From positions 1 to 61,096 of IMG/VR virus record IMGVR_UViG_3300044633_000159: a stretch of DNA of 61,096 nt; one strand, 5' to 3'. This DNA is from a virus (lineage: Duplodnaviria; Caudoviricetes). A program made the translations under genes and the position numbers. The stretch's first letter is position 1; each line of letters starts with the position of its first letter. The notes beneath the pieces were generated by a model. The model worked only from the letters and a program-made list of their open reading frames with translations. It was not told where the DNA came from and did not search any database. Positions 10,378 through 19,558 of the stretch are shown piece after piece.

Positions 10378-10474
10378 TCTAACCAACGTTACTGTGTGGT
10401 AGTTCAGTTATCTGCTCGTTTACTGACTATTAACCTATCTGTGCAGAAATCGGGCCACATTCATAGTAACTATT

Positions 10475-10789
10475 TTAAAATGGTAAATCATCTTCTACTA
10501 CTACTTGTTTTTTAGCAGGAGCACTTTGTTGTTGACCATCTTTAGGTGCTACATCTACGTTTTGACCGTTTGTCCATATAACCTTTACGTTACCTAAATA
10601 AACTTTAGGAGTTTTAGATTCACGCTCTTCCTTGCTTTGACTGACAGTAATAGGACCTTGATTTCCAAAGTTGTCACACTCATCGTTTATAGTTATAGAG
10701 ATAGGTAAATACTTACCTTTCTTTCCGTCTATAATCTTGTGTTTAGGAATGTCGTTTAGATTAATACTCGCATTGATAATTGAAGCCAT
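10475..10789 (-). CDS. Single-stranded DNA-binding protein-like
   Basis: Beta-rich core, Q-rich linker, acidic EDDLPF tail; next to ERF and exonuclease genes. Confidence 0.65.
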   Translation of the reverse strand: MASIINASINLNDIPKHKIIDGKKGKYLPISITINDECDNFGNQGPITVSQSKEERESKTPKVYLGNVKVIWTNGQNVDVAPKDGQQQSAPAKKQVVVEDDLPF

Positions 10790-10936
10790 ATTATACTTGA
10801 TTTAATTTGTTAAAAAATTGTTTAATTCTACCGTAAACACTTAACTGTTCTTTAGTCTGTTTTAATTCTTTTAAAACTTCTGGTTCTTCAGGTTTAATAG
10901 ACGTAAATGGTTTCTTTTTGTTACTCATACTTGTTT

Positions 10937-11668
10937 TTATAAAGTTAAATTAATAAAATAATTCTCTGGAATAAAGTCTGGGTCATTGTAAAACAACTCG
11001 TATGCTTCAACTGCTTTTTCTACTTTCTCTTTACCTCTTGCTAAGAACTCTTCTGAACAGTCAAATATACCTATTTGATGTGTTCCTTTGTCTATAGCCA
11101 TAAATACAAGGTCATAACCAAATAGATGTTTGTATATATACGCTTGACTATCGTAGTTATACTTTTTAGCAGAATACCTAAAGTCTAATATATTAGACGT
11201 TGTTTTAAGATCTATGATTATTTTTTCTGAATGGTTTAATATATCTGCTTTGCCTTTCCACATTTGACCACATATTTCCGATATACCAGGTATCTCGTAA
11301 TCATTATTATCTGCTCTTATCAAACCTCTACATACTTCGTTTGCTAGAACCTTGTCTATCATCACCTCTAACTGATCTACTTCATGCTGTAATAGACACA
11401 TTTCGCCTCCAGACATTTCTTTGTAGATATTTGTATTCCTTGTAGATGATTGCACAATCTTGTACTTTTTTAATTTATCAGGTTCTAGTATAGCTGTATG
11501 GAAATAACCGCCGACTAAGAAGTTTATATTAGGTTGTTGAGGTTGTCTTAAAGCTAAAGGGTTAGTTAGTAATGTCATTATGTTTGAATTACTTAAGAAC
11601 TGTTGACCAAATTCGCCATAGTAATCTTCATCGTTTTTTAACCTTTCTAAGATTAATTCTTTTTTCAT
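10937..11668 (-). CDS. RecE/exonuclease VIII-like PD-(D/E)xK exonuclease
   Basis: KGKADI..IIDLKTT, Y..QAYIY, G..FHTAILEP. Confidence 0.8.
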   Translation of the reverse strand: MKKELILERLKNDEDYYGEFGQQFLSNSNIMTLLTNPLALRQPQQPNINFLVGGYFHTAILEPDKLKKYKIVQSSTRNTNIYKEMSGGEMCLLQHEVDQLEVMIDKVLANEVCRGLIRADNNDYEIPGISEICGQMWKGKADILNHSEKIIIDLKTTSNILDFRYSAKKYNYDSQAYIYKHLFGYDLVFMAIDKGTHQIGIFDCSEEFLARGKEKVEKAVEAYELFYNDPDFIPENYFINLTL

Positions 11669-11669
11669 A

Positions 11670-12236
11670 TTATAGTGTTGTTAAGATTTTTTCTGCTTCT
11701 TTACTTAATTCGTATTTACCTTTGATAGTATCGATAGAGCCGCCACTAGAAACAAACGTTTTAGCTTTTTCAAAAGCATCGTCCTTAACATCTAATTTTA
11801 CCTTTGGTTTAGTTTGATCTGTTTTACCATGTGTATTTGAAGCATCGGCGTCAGCAGTATCATCTATTAATAATAGATTACCAAGAGCATATTTTTTGCC
11901 GTAAGAAGATGCTGAACCGAAAGCTTGTGGCGTCTGCATGCCTTTTTGTTGTAAATCCACGCCTACAATTGCTTTAACTTCAATTGACTTATCGCTGAAG
12001 GCATCGTGTATAGCAGCTCTGCTAATGATAACCGGGAGATCATGAGAATAAATATAATCCTCGTTAATTGTAAAATAAACACCGTACTTTTCGTTAAAAG
12101 GTTTTAAACCTTCTAATATATCCTCAGCGGATCTAAAATTGTACCTGCCGAAAGGATTATACCTGCTTTTATTAGCTTTGAATTCAACTTGAATTCTAGA
12201 CAGTTTAACAGACAATTCCATTGCTTGATTTTCCAT
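11670..12236 (-). CDS. ERF-family ssDNA annealing recombinase
   Basis: KSRYN.FG.YNFRSAEDI and Q..GSASSYGKKYAL...D.DA motifs. Confidence 0.85.
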   Translation of the reverse strand: MENQAMELSVKLSRIQVEFKANKSRYNPFGRYNFRSAEDILEGLKPFNEKYGVYFTINEDYIYSHDLPVIISRAAIHDAFSDKSIEVKAIVGVDLQQKGMQTPQAFGSASSYGKKYALGNLLLIDDTADADASNTHGKTDQTKPKVKLDVKDDAFEKAKTFVSSGGSIDTIKGKYELSKEAEKILTTL

Positions 12237-12273
12237 ATATTTGATTTAATTGTTTAATACTTATATCTATATA

Positions 12274-12297
12274 ATTACACGTTTTATCCAATATTTA
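12274..12297 (-). promoter_or_regulatory. Class II phage promoter TAAATA-N11-GTGTAAT
   Basis: Same bipartite motif and spacing as five other intergenic sites. Confidence 0.6.
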
Positions 12298-12316
12298 GGA
12301 CAAATTTCAATATAAC

Positions 12317-13096
12317 TTAAAGATAGTCAATCACTTGCGAAGTGTCTACGTTTTCTATCAACTTGTTTATAGCTAACTTTTTTAATTCAGATATTCTAAC
12401 ATAAGAACTAGGACCTTTAAATCCTAATATACCAGAAATCTGATTAGCAGAGTGTTTGTCGCAATCTAATCCAAAACTAAGTCTTAACACTTCAGATTCT
12501 ATAAACGTTAAATGCTTTTTAAATAAACTAAATAAATAAGCGTTAAGTATATCTATATTATATTCTTTAGACTTGTCTTCGTATTGAGTTTCTCTGTGCT
12601 CTTCGTCTATTCCATTAGAGTCTGTATTTTCTTCAAAACCCTCGTCCATACTTTTAAATATACTGTTAAAGAACATCTCAACTATATATTTATCTTCAGG
12701 ATTTCTACGCATCTCGTTTAATTTATGTTCCGGAATACGTATAGAACCTCTATTAATGTCTATCGCGCGCCGTATCGAACCCTTTATCCGTTTAGACAGA
12801 AACGATTTAATCGTCTGTTCTTGGTCCTTAGATTCATTTATTTTGTCCCACTCTATTCTGTCAATAGCAAATATTAAACCTATACTACCTTCTTGAATTA
12901 TATCGGTTATATCCATAATACCTGACGCTTGATCAGCTGTAGAAAACTTTTTAGCTATATTTTCTACTAAAGGTAAAAACGTAGCTATTAGATCGTCTCT
13001 GGATAATTGATTGTAATCTTTTTTGTCGATGTTGCTTATAGTCTTTTTAAGGTCAGACTTATAACGCAAATAATTTTCTAGGTTATACTTTTTCAT
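12317..13096 (-). CDS. Phage-encoded sigma70-family RNA polymerase sigma factor
   Basis: Region 2 (LPLVENIAKKF..DIIQEGSIGL..AIDR), IRIPEHK, region 4 (EVLRLSFGL..VRISELKKLAINKL). Confidence 0.85.
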   Translation of the reverse strand: MKKYNLENYLRYKSDLKKTISNIDKKDYNQLSRDDLIATFLPLVENIAKKFSTADQASGIMDITDIIQEGSIGLIFAIDRIEWDKINESKDQEQTIKSFLSKRIKGSIRRAIDINRGSIRIPEHKLNEMRRNPEDKYIVEMFFNSIFKSMDEGFEENTDSNGIDEEHRETQYEDKSKEYNIDILNAYLFSLFKKHLTFIESEVLRLSFGLDCDKHSANQISGILGFKGPSSYVRISELKKLAINKLIENVDTSQVIDYL

Positions 13097-13403
13097 TTAA
13101 CTTTTTTATTATGTCTTGTTTTATTTTCTCGTGAACTTCTAATGCATCTTCATAAGAAGTATGTCTAAATTGTACGCATTGATCGAATTCTACAAAGTTA
13201 CAACTAAAAGTCATTGTTTCCCATAATATAGGGTTTTTACCGTCATGAGAATGATCTAAACCAAGAAATACTGTAGATAGATAAACATCTTTTATATATT
13301 CTTGTTTTACAGCTTTTTTATCTGGATTCTTTTCAATCCACTCACAATATTCTGATCCAGTAACAGCAACAGGTTTGTTGTCTTCATCTAATTTGTACCA
13401 CAT
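13083..13403 (-). CDS. hypothetical phage protein
   Basis: STVFLGLDH..LWETM motif recurrent in phage hypothetical proteins. Confidence 0.65.
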   Translation of the reverse strand: MWYKLDEDNKPVAVTGSEYCEWIEKNPDKKAVKQEYIKDVYLSTVFLGLDHSHDGKNPILWETMTFSCNFVEFDQCVQFRHTSYEDALEVHEKIKQDIIKKLNEKV

Positions 13404-14017
13404 AGTTCTTGATTTAATAATTCTTTTTCTTTTTTAAGTTCTTTGCCGATGTTTCTGTATATTGTTCTAGGAGAACAACAGAGATATTTCGCTAGTTTTT
13501 CAACAGTAATTTTATCGCCATCGTCGTGAGTGTATAGCATGGCATCGTAGATCTCTGACTCTGATAATTTTTTACGACCGATAATTTGACCTACGATTTG
13601 TAGTTTCTGTTCTGTACTTAACATACAATTGTCTTTAAATATTATCTTACGTAACTTATTCTTAGGAGGAGATTCTAAGTCTGCCATGCTAACCTCATAA
13701 ATAATAGTTTTTAAAACATGCTCTGATATTGTAAATGTAACAAAATTATTTGAAGTATCACAGATAAATCTACATAAAGATTCTAAATTGTCTTGATCTA
13801 ACTTAGGGTTAAGATACCATATAACCAACAGATGCCATTTTAAACTTTTATAAGTATTTATTTTAGCTTTGCTTCTAAATAACTCGTAGCATTCATACGT
13901 TCCGTCTTGGTAATAATAACCCCAGTCATATATATCCGTTGGTTTATCATTAACTGGAAACCTTCGGTATATTATTCTTTTATCGATCAAGTATTTAATA
14001 TTTCTATCATGTGACAT
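13388..14017 (-). CDS. DNA-binding protein with C-terminal helix-turn-helix; possible origin/operator-binding protein
   Basis: KITVEKLAKYLCCSPRTIYRNI HTH; start codon lies inside a 46-bp inverted-repeat site. Confidence 0.65.
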   Translation of the reverse strand: MSHDRNIKYLIDKRIIYRRFPVNDKPTDIYDWGYYYQDGTYECYELFRSKAKINTYKSLKWHLLVIWYLNPKLDQDNLESLCRFICDTSNNFVTFTISEHVLKTIIYEVSMADLESPPKNKLRKIIFKDNCMLSTEQKLQIVGQIIGRKKLSESEIYDAMLYTHDDGDKITVEKLAKYLCCSPRTIYRNIGKELKKEKELLNQELCGTN

Positions 14018-14055
14018 TAGCCCCTTATTATTTATATATACACCCTATTGTCACA
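14010..14055. promoter_or_regulatory. Inverted-repeat site A: TGTGACATTAG-N24-CTATTGTCACA
   Basis: Same arms recur at 22119-22165 and 24544-24590. Confidence 0.75.
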
Positions 14056-14170
14056 GTATATATCATTATTAATATATTCTTCACTACAAATCATTTCATC
14101 ATACTCTGTTTCGTTTTTTATTTTTTCAAATAATTCTCTGTTTAACCCCATACTTAAAAGGCTATTTACA

Positions 14171-14446
14171 TTAAATTTCGGAAATCCTAGATTTTAAATA
14201 CTCTATACGCTCGGAACATGCCGATGCTTTTTCGTATTCTTCAGTCTTTTCGTAAGCATCTATCATTATCCGTAGCTTAGTTATTTCCATTATCATCTTG
14301 TCTTTTTCGCTGACTCGCTCGTGGACTTCGATAGGTACATTGCTAGCTTCTAGATCTCTAATAAATTCTTTGTCAAGTTGTTTCTGCTTTTCCATAAGTT
14401 TACCCACAATAACATCGGCTAATTCATCCATTTCTTTTTTTGTCAT
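14171..14446 (-). CDS. hypothetical protein with UVR-like C-terminal motif
   Basis: EEYEKASACSERI pattern; first gene after a class I promoter. Confidence 0.6.
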   Translation of the reverse strand: MTKKEMDELADVIVGKLMEKQKQLDKEFIRDLEASNVPIEVHERVSEKDKMIMEITKLRIMIDAYEKTEEYEKASACSERIEYLKSRISEI

Positions 14447-14463
14447 ATATAATTATTTTAAAT

Positions 14464-14494
14464 ATTATCCGTTCTGTAAACTTTTAAGTCCGTG
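14464..14494 (-). promoter_or_regulatory. Class I phage promoter CACGGACT-N17-GATAAT
   Basis: Exact bipartite motif, one of 8 copies. Confidence 0.8.
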
Positions 14495-14731
14495 TAGTGA
14501 TTCGATATTCCGTTTGTTGCTACTATATAACCTATTGCCTTTGCAGTAATCGCAACTACCGTGGTTTCTACATTGTTTATCAAATCTTCTAGACTTTCTA
14601 TAAGCTTGTTTAACTGTTCTACTCATAAAACTATTTCTTTAAGTTCTATCATCTTTAATATTAAGAATACGCCAATTACAAGCGCGCAGTATAATATATA
14701 AAGCATTAATGAAAATGCATTTTTTTTCATA

Positions 14732-14983
14732 CTAATCTAATAAAGTCATATAAGCTTTAGGACTGTTGTCTTTGAACCACCATAGACCATCATAGAACCG
14801 TTTAGATAAACTGTTATCGCCGCTTGTGCCAGATAATATCATCTCTGCACCTTTTATAAAGTCGTACATGCTTAATTCTTCGCCTGTTAAAACACACGTT
14901 TCACCACTGTAAGGATTTGTTACTTCGCATCCTTGAGTGTAAATTTCTCCGTCAAACCATTCTGGTAATAATTTTTTACTCAT
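14732..14983 (-). CDS. hypothetical protein
   Basis: ORF in early gene cluster. Confidence 0.7.
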   Translation of the reverse strand: MSKKLLPEWFDGEIYTQGCEVTNPYSGETCVLTGEELSMYDFIKGAEMILSGTSGDNSLSKRFYDGLWWFKDNSPKAYMTLLD

Positions 14984-15233
14984 GATCTTGTTTATATTTG
15001 TTAATTAAATCTTTTAAGCCTTTCTTTTTTTCTTCATTAAAAACATCATATAATCCTAACTTCTCATCTTCTTGCATAATATCTATTAAATGTTGTTTAG
15101 TGTCTTCGTATATCTCTAATAGTTCGTATTCTAAATACGTTTCATCATACTTACTTTTAGCGTAAAGTATTTCTTGTTTGTAGTTTCTATTCCTATAAGG
15201 GTAATATTCATCTAGCCATTTCTTGAATGTCAT
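14976..15233 (-). CDS. hypothetical protein
   Basis: ORF coupled to neighbours. Confidence 0.65.
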   Translation of the reverse strand: MTFKKWLDEYYPYRNRNYKQEILYAKSKYDETYLEYELLEIYEDTKQHLIDIMQEDEKLGLYDVFNEEKKKGLKDLINKYKQDHE

Positions 15234-15556
15234 AAGTTTATCTGTATTTTACGTGTTTCGCAACTCATCTTGTGTATAGCACTCGTCTGTCCACAGCTAC
15301 TGCAATAATCATCTTGCGTACACTTTGGATAGTTGCATTGTTCTAAATTACATATCTCACCTTCGCGCTTAACGCCATTGTGTTTGCACTTGTTTGAGTC
15401 TTTACCGTTAGGCCAAAAGTATGAACAACTTGTTTCATCATCTTCAGGACTAAAGTTAGCATAGGATTGCCAAAAATCATTAGGAGTAACTGTAAACCTA
15501 TGGCAATAATCTTTTGAGGGGCAATGTAGGTTTCTACACATTGAAATATCTGGCAT
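15230..15556 (-). CDS. Cys-rich hypothetical protein
   Basis: MPDISMC....CP....C.RF N-terminus and several further Cys residues. Confidence 0.7.
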   Translation of the reverse strand: MPDISMCRNLHCPSKDYCHRFTVTPNDFWQSYANFSPEDDETSCSYFWPNGKDSNKCKHNGVKREGEICNLEQCNYPKCTQDDYCSSCGQTSAIHKMSCETRKIQINL

Positions 15557-15558
15557 AA

Positions 15559-15762
15559 TTATAGTTCTTTTAAAATGTTACCGTTATTATCTAACCAACC
15601 ACCTTCTATAAAAGCATTTGCTGCTCGACCATAATGGTCTTGTAATGACCATGCTACATTAGTTTTAACCATATCAGAAAACAGTTCTATTATTTCTTTA
15701 TCATTAAGCATGCCATATTCAAATTGCATTATTTGATCTACAAAGTCTTTAGTTCTTTTCAT
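15559..15762 (-). CDS. hypothetical protein
   Basis: AWSLQ.HYGR.A motif seen in phage hypothetical proteins. Confidence 0.7.
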   Translation of the reverse strand: MKRTKDFVDQIMQFEYGMLNDKEIIELFSDMVKTNVAWSLQDHYGRAANAFIEGGWLDNNGNILKEL

Positions 15763-15765
15763 TAA

Positions 15766-15972
15766 TTATCTATTTTTTTCTATTAAAGTAAATAAATACA
15801 TGTAAATTAATTTTTCTTCCTCAGTTTGTTCTATAACACCCTGTAATTGCTCTGCGTCTATACCACCTGTATTATCATACTTTAAGTTTTCACGCAATCT
15901 TTGTAATTCAAAGTTTAATGTAGTTAATTTAGCGTAAACCTTGTCAAACGCTTTTTCTTTTATATCTTGCAT
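15766..15972 (-). CDS. hypothetical protein
   Basis: ORF in early cluster. Confidence 0.6.
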   Translation of the reverse strand: MQDIKEKAFDKVYAKLTTLNFELQRLRENLKYDNTGGIDAEQLQGVIEQTEEEKLIYMYLFTLIEKNR

Positions 15973-15988
15973 GTTATGTTAGTTATTA

Positions 15989-16213
15989 TTAAGTTATAAC
16001 TTTTATAAAATTACCTTGTTGGTCACAAATCAAAGTTAAATCATACTCATGATCTAAAAAATCCATAATACTAATTATAGACATCATAAGATGTTGAGCG
16101 CTAGCATTAAAGTCATGTACACTACCAGTAAAACCTTTAGATATAACATAGTCATATATAAATACCCAATCTACAACTCTGTCATTCCTCATTTTAATAT
16201 ATCTTTCCTTCAT
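15989..16213 (-). CDS. hypothetical protein
   Basis: ORF in early cluster. Confidence 0.6.
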   Translation of the reverse strand: MKERYIKMRNDRVVDWVFIYDYVISKGFTGSVHDFNASAQHLMMSIISIMDFLDHEYDLTLICDQQGNFIKVIT

Positions 16214-16227
16214 AATATACAGTTGTT

Positions 16228-16258
16228 AAAAAGACCCACCTTTCACAGTGGGCCCTTT
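16228..16258 (-). terminator. Intrinsic terminator after the VWA gene
   Basis: AAAGGCCCAC-loop-GTGGGTCTTTT on the minus strand. Confidence 0.65.
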
Positions 16259-16268
16259 AAATTCTTTA

Positions 16269-17696
16269 CTAATTAGATTTTTTACTTTTTTTACCTTCGT
16301 CAACTACGACTTTACCTTCTTCTGAATAAGAGGTTACAGAACTATCATAGGATACTTGAACTTGTTTACCACCGGTTTTAACACATAAGTCTTTTAACTC
16401 AGTACTAAACTGCATTAAAGATACTGCATTAACCTTGTATGGTAAACTATCATAACCTACTCTATCTTCACCATCGTTAATAATTAAGATTTCAGGTTTT
16501 TCTACTGACAGATCTATGTCTAAGTTATGTAGTCTTTGCTTAGATATTTCTTGTGATATATGAGTAACTATGCCACCTATATCGGTAGTACCACCGTTTG
16601 GATTATTAGAAAACCATTTCCAGAAATCCATTACGTCTTCTCTGTTTTTAAGATGATGAAAATTCAAATGTTCAGACCTATATACAAAGTAACTGAAGAA
16701 CACTTCGGCTTCTTCCTTCATAACATACCGCAAACGGTCGATGAGTATAGCATTAACCCATATCTGTTTCTCAGGGTCATCCATACTGCCAGAAAAATCT
16801 AATAATATAATTATTTTCTGCTTTTGTTCTTTACGGTCAACAGGTACATTAACAGTTAAGTCTTTAGTTAAGAACTTAGTACGAAAGTTTGGAAACATTT
16901 TTTGGTATAACTCGATCTGACTAAACTGAGCATAGTCACGCATAATCTTTTTAGCATACTGATCAGAGTTGGATACAAGTTTTTCATCAACTTCTTTTTC
17001 AACCTTGAACTGATCGCCAAGTTTACCGACAATAGATATTTTATCTAGTATATCCATTTTACGCTGTTTACTTAACTCGTTAAAGTCAAGTTGTTCGTTT
17101 ATACTAGGATCAGAATAGGTTGCTCTATCAAAGTCTAAGGTTGTTTCATACTGTAGATCACCTTCTTCTTTTAATTTACCGTCTTGATAAACAGGAGCAC
17201 CACTTATTTGCTTGAATATAGCTATCGCTTGTTCTAACGGAGTATTACCTGGTATAAACTTTTCGAATATAGAGTCATACAAAGATTTTTTAGCTTCATA
17301 GTCTTGCTGTTGACTATCGGAAAGAGAATCAAAGTCTGAGAATTTTTCACTAATATATTCTTTTTCATCTATCATCTTGAAGTAACATACTCTAGCTAAG
17401 TCTTTAATAGTATCTATGGATTTTTCATTCCATACATTAGACTTTATTTTAATATCTGCTTTTGTAGGCGTTAAGTAAGTTACTGGATCTTTAACGAATA
17501 AATCTGAGTTATCATCTTCATCATAAGCGCCAGACCAAGAGTAGTTAGTCCATACACTCGGTTGCCAAGAGTATGAACTATATCTACTTTTACTTTTACT
17601 TTTACCACCATAACCATAACCATAACTTCCGTAGTTGTCATACTCAGACACATACTCGTCTTCGTCACCCCAATAAGAATTTTTAAATCTGCTCAT
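16269..17696 (-). CDS. VWA (MIDAS) domain protein, ViaA-like partner of MoxR ATPase
   Basis: LLDFSGSM, NGGTTD, IINDGED; directly downstream of the AAA+ gene. Confidence 0.8.
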   Translation of the reverse strand: MSRFKNSYWGDEDEYVSEYDNYGSYGYGYGGKSKSKSRYSSYSWQPSVWTNYSWSGAYDEDDNSDLFVKDPVTYLTPTKADIKIKSNVWNEKSIDTIKDLARVCYFKMIDEKEYISEKFSDFDSLSDSQQQDYEAKKSLYDSIFEKFIPGNTPLEQAIAIFKQISGAPVYQDGKLKEEGDLQYETTLDFDRATYSDPSINEQLDFNELSKQRKMDILDKISIVGKLGDQFKVEKEVDEKLVSNSDQYAKKIMRDYAQFSQIELYQKMFPNFRTKFLTKDLTVNVPVDRKEQKQKIIILLDFSGSMDDPEKQIWVNAILIDRLRYVMKEEAEVFFSYFVYRSEHLNFHHLKNREDVMDFWKWFSNNPNGGTTDIGGIVTHISQEISKQRLHNLDIDLSVEKPEILIINDGEDRVGYDSLPYKVNAVSLMQFSTELKDLCVKTGGKQVQVSYDSSVTSYSEEGKVVVDEGKKSKKSN

Positions 17697-17714
17697 GTTA
17701 GTTTGTTTTAAGGA

Positions 17715-18746
17715 TTAATCCATTATTGAAGATACAACTTGCTTTTTAGATAACGTAGTATACAACTCTGTAGCAGACTTGATTAAAGACGCATGATTTG
17801 TAGCTAAATCGTCTGACACTGTTAATTTCTTAATATCTCTAATAGCATTAGCCAATAAACCGATGTCATTAGTATATTTAGATTTTTCTTCACCAGTAAT
17901 TAAGTTATTAGCTTGCAACTCGTTAACAATAGCACCTAAGTCATCAGATAATTTTCTGAACTTTAATGTACTTTGATATTTCTTAAGAGTCTCAGCGATT
18001 AATGCAGGTTTTTTAGAGAACTCAGCGATAAAGTTTAATGAGTCTGGACCACATTCTTCGTATACTGTATAAGCAGTAACTGCAACCCTTGGAGATATAG
18101 TAATACCACCACGATGATATTCTTGAAGTAGATAAGGTATAATAGGATCTACATTGCCTTCGCCAAACTTAGTTTCTAACAACTTGTTATAACTAGCTTC
18201 AGTATAATTATCCCATACGACATTTAATTCTAACGGAAAACGCTCCATTAACGCTTTTAAAGATGCATTCTTAGAGAATTCTTCACGAGTTCTATTAGTA
18301 CAACAGATAATAAACTTTGTTTTAATAGGAAAGATCTGCGTACCGTTTCTGAATATCTTAGAAGATAATATATCTTTTAATTGCTCGAGGATAAAGTCTG
18401 GAGCATCGAATAATTCTTCAAAAATAACATACTCATGATTCATAAATGAATTCTCAACAAGGTATTCGATTTTACCTGTTTTCTCGAACGTAGGTATATC
18501 TAAACCGCCGAATAGTCTGTCAGTGGTCATACCTGTACCCATTGTAATAACGTAAGGATTAATGCCTTTTTCAGCAAGATACGCCATTGTTAATTCTGAT
18601 TTACCATGTCCACCAGGACCGTACAAGACGATGTTTTTACCTGTCTTCAACCCAATATCTAAGATATTAAGTGATTTGTCCATGAATACGAAGTCTGCGC
18701 CTACGCCAGATACTTCTACCGCTGTTGATTTTTTAGCTTTCGCCAT
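17715..18746 (-). CDS. MoxR/RavA-like AAA+ ATPase
   Basis: Walker A GPGGHGKS, Walker B IFEE, RLFGG, CTN, ALMERF. Confidence 0.82.
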   Translation of the reverse strand: MAKAKKSTAVEVSGVGADFVFMDKSLNILDIGLKTGKNIVLYGPGGHGKSELTMAYLAEKGINPYVITMGTGMTTDRLFGGLDIPTFEKTGKIEYLVENSFMNHEYVIFEELFDAPDFILEQLKDILSSKIFRNGTQIFPIKTKFIICCTNRTREEFSKNASLKALMERFPLELNVVWDNYTEASYNKLLETKFGEGNVDPIIPYLLQEYHRGGITISPRVAVTAYTVYEECGPDSLNFIAEFSKKPALIAETLKKYQSTLKFRKLSDDLGAIVNELQANNLITGEEKSKYTNDIGLLANAIRDIKKLTVSDDLATNHASLIKSATELYTTLSKKQVVSSIMD

Positions 18747-18796
18747 AATTAAAATGTATTAAAGGGTTTAATAAGGTTACCACTATGGTAACTTCG

Positions 18797-18860
18797 TGAT
18801 TAAGAAGGACTCGAACCTTCAACTCAGTCTATGTCCCTGAGTCATCGCCTGATTTAATCG
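18797..18860 (-). ncRNA. Minimal tRNA-like RNA with reduced D-arm and CAU at the loop centre
   Basis: Acceptor GATTAA/TTAATC, canonical T-arm GAAGG-TTCGAGT-CCTTC, stem CTCAG/CTGAG. Confidence 0.55.
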
Positions 18861-18892
18861 ACCAACACGCCTTATCGAGCGTGTATAGCAAG

Positions 18893-19081
18893 CTATTTAC
18901 GTCGCCACGCTTTATGTACTTTAGCACTAAGCTCTTGACTAACTATTTGAATTGTATTACCTGTTTTATGCTCAATAATAGGTATATAACTATAGGTTTT
19001 TGTAGTAGAACATTCTACACAACTTTTATATCCTAGACCTAGTCTTACTGGATGCAACTCATTACCACATCTACAATACAT
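18893..19081 (-). CDS. Small C4 zinc-finger protein (DksA/TraR-like finger)
   Basis: CxC..L...RL......CVEC. Confidence 0.55.
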   Translation of the reverse strand: MYCRCGNELHPVRLGLGYKSCVECSTTKTYSYIPIIEHKTGNTIQIVSQELSAKVHKAWRRK

Positions 19082-19090
19082 ACTAATTAT

Positions 19091-19318
19091 TTAAGGTTTA
19101 ACAAACTCGAACTCGTAATTATATTCTGCTAAATTAATATCAGACTCTCTTGTTTCCATTTGAGCATCGATAGCAATATTGAATATTGAATTTCTAATAA
19201 ACTGAGCAACTATCTGTCTCTCAGGAAATGTACACTTAACTAATGGTTTGCCATTGTAAGTCCAGTAGCCGTTTTTTACTTTGATTTTTGCTTGCATGTT
19301 GTTAATTTTTTCGTTCAC
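19091..19318 (-). CDS. hypothetical protein
   Basis: ORF after class I promoter; true start is probably the ATG near 19297. Confidence 0.6.
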   Translation of the reverse strand: MNEKINNMQAKIKVKNGYWTYNGKPLVKCTFPERQIVAQFIRNSIFNIAIDAQMETRESDINLAEYNYEFEFVKP

Positions 19319-19322
19319 GTAT

Positions 19323-19353
19323 ATTATCCTACTAAAATATTATATAGTCCGTG
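19323..19353 (-). promoter_or_regulatory. Class I phage promoter
   Basis: CACGGACT-N17-GATAAT. Confidence 0.8.
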
Positions 19354-19503
19354 CAGATTAACAAGCACAGTATATGTAATAACTACTAAGATAACAACTA
19401 CTAATAATACTATTGATTCTCTGTTTTCTTTCACTGTATTTAATATTTAGTGTCCACAGTAGGAATCGAACCTACGACCTGATGATTATGTAGCTCAAAT
19501 GGT

Positions 19504-19527
19504 TAAAATAGTTTATTTATGTGTAAT
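19504..19527 (+). promoter_or_regulatory. Class II promoter upstream of the HNH gene
   Basis: TAAAAT-N11-GTGTAAT. Confidence 0.6.
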
Positions 19528-19558
19528 AATATAACTATATAACTAAACGAATTGAAAA

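Noticed and set aside
10388-10470. Hatchet, twister or HDV-like ribozyme
   Set aside because: Only short word matches; conserved cores could not be assembled by eye
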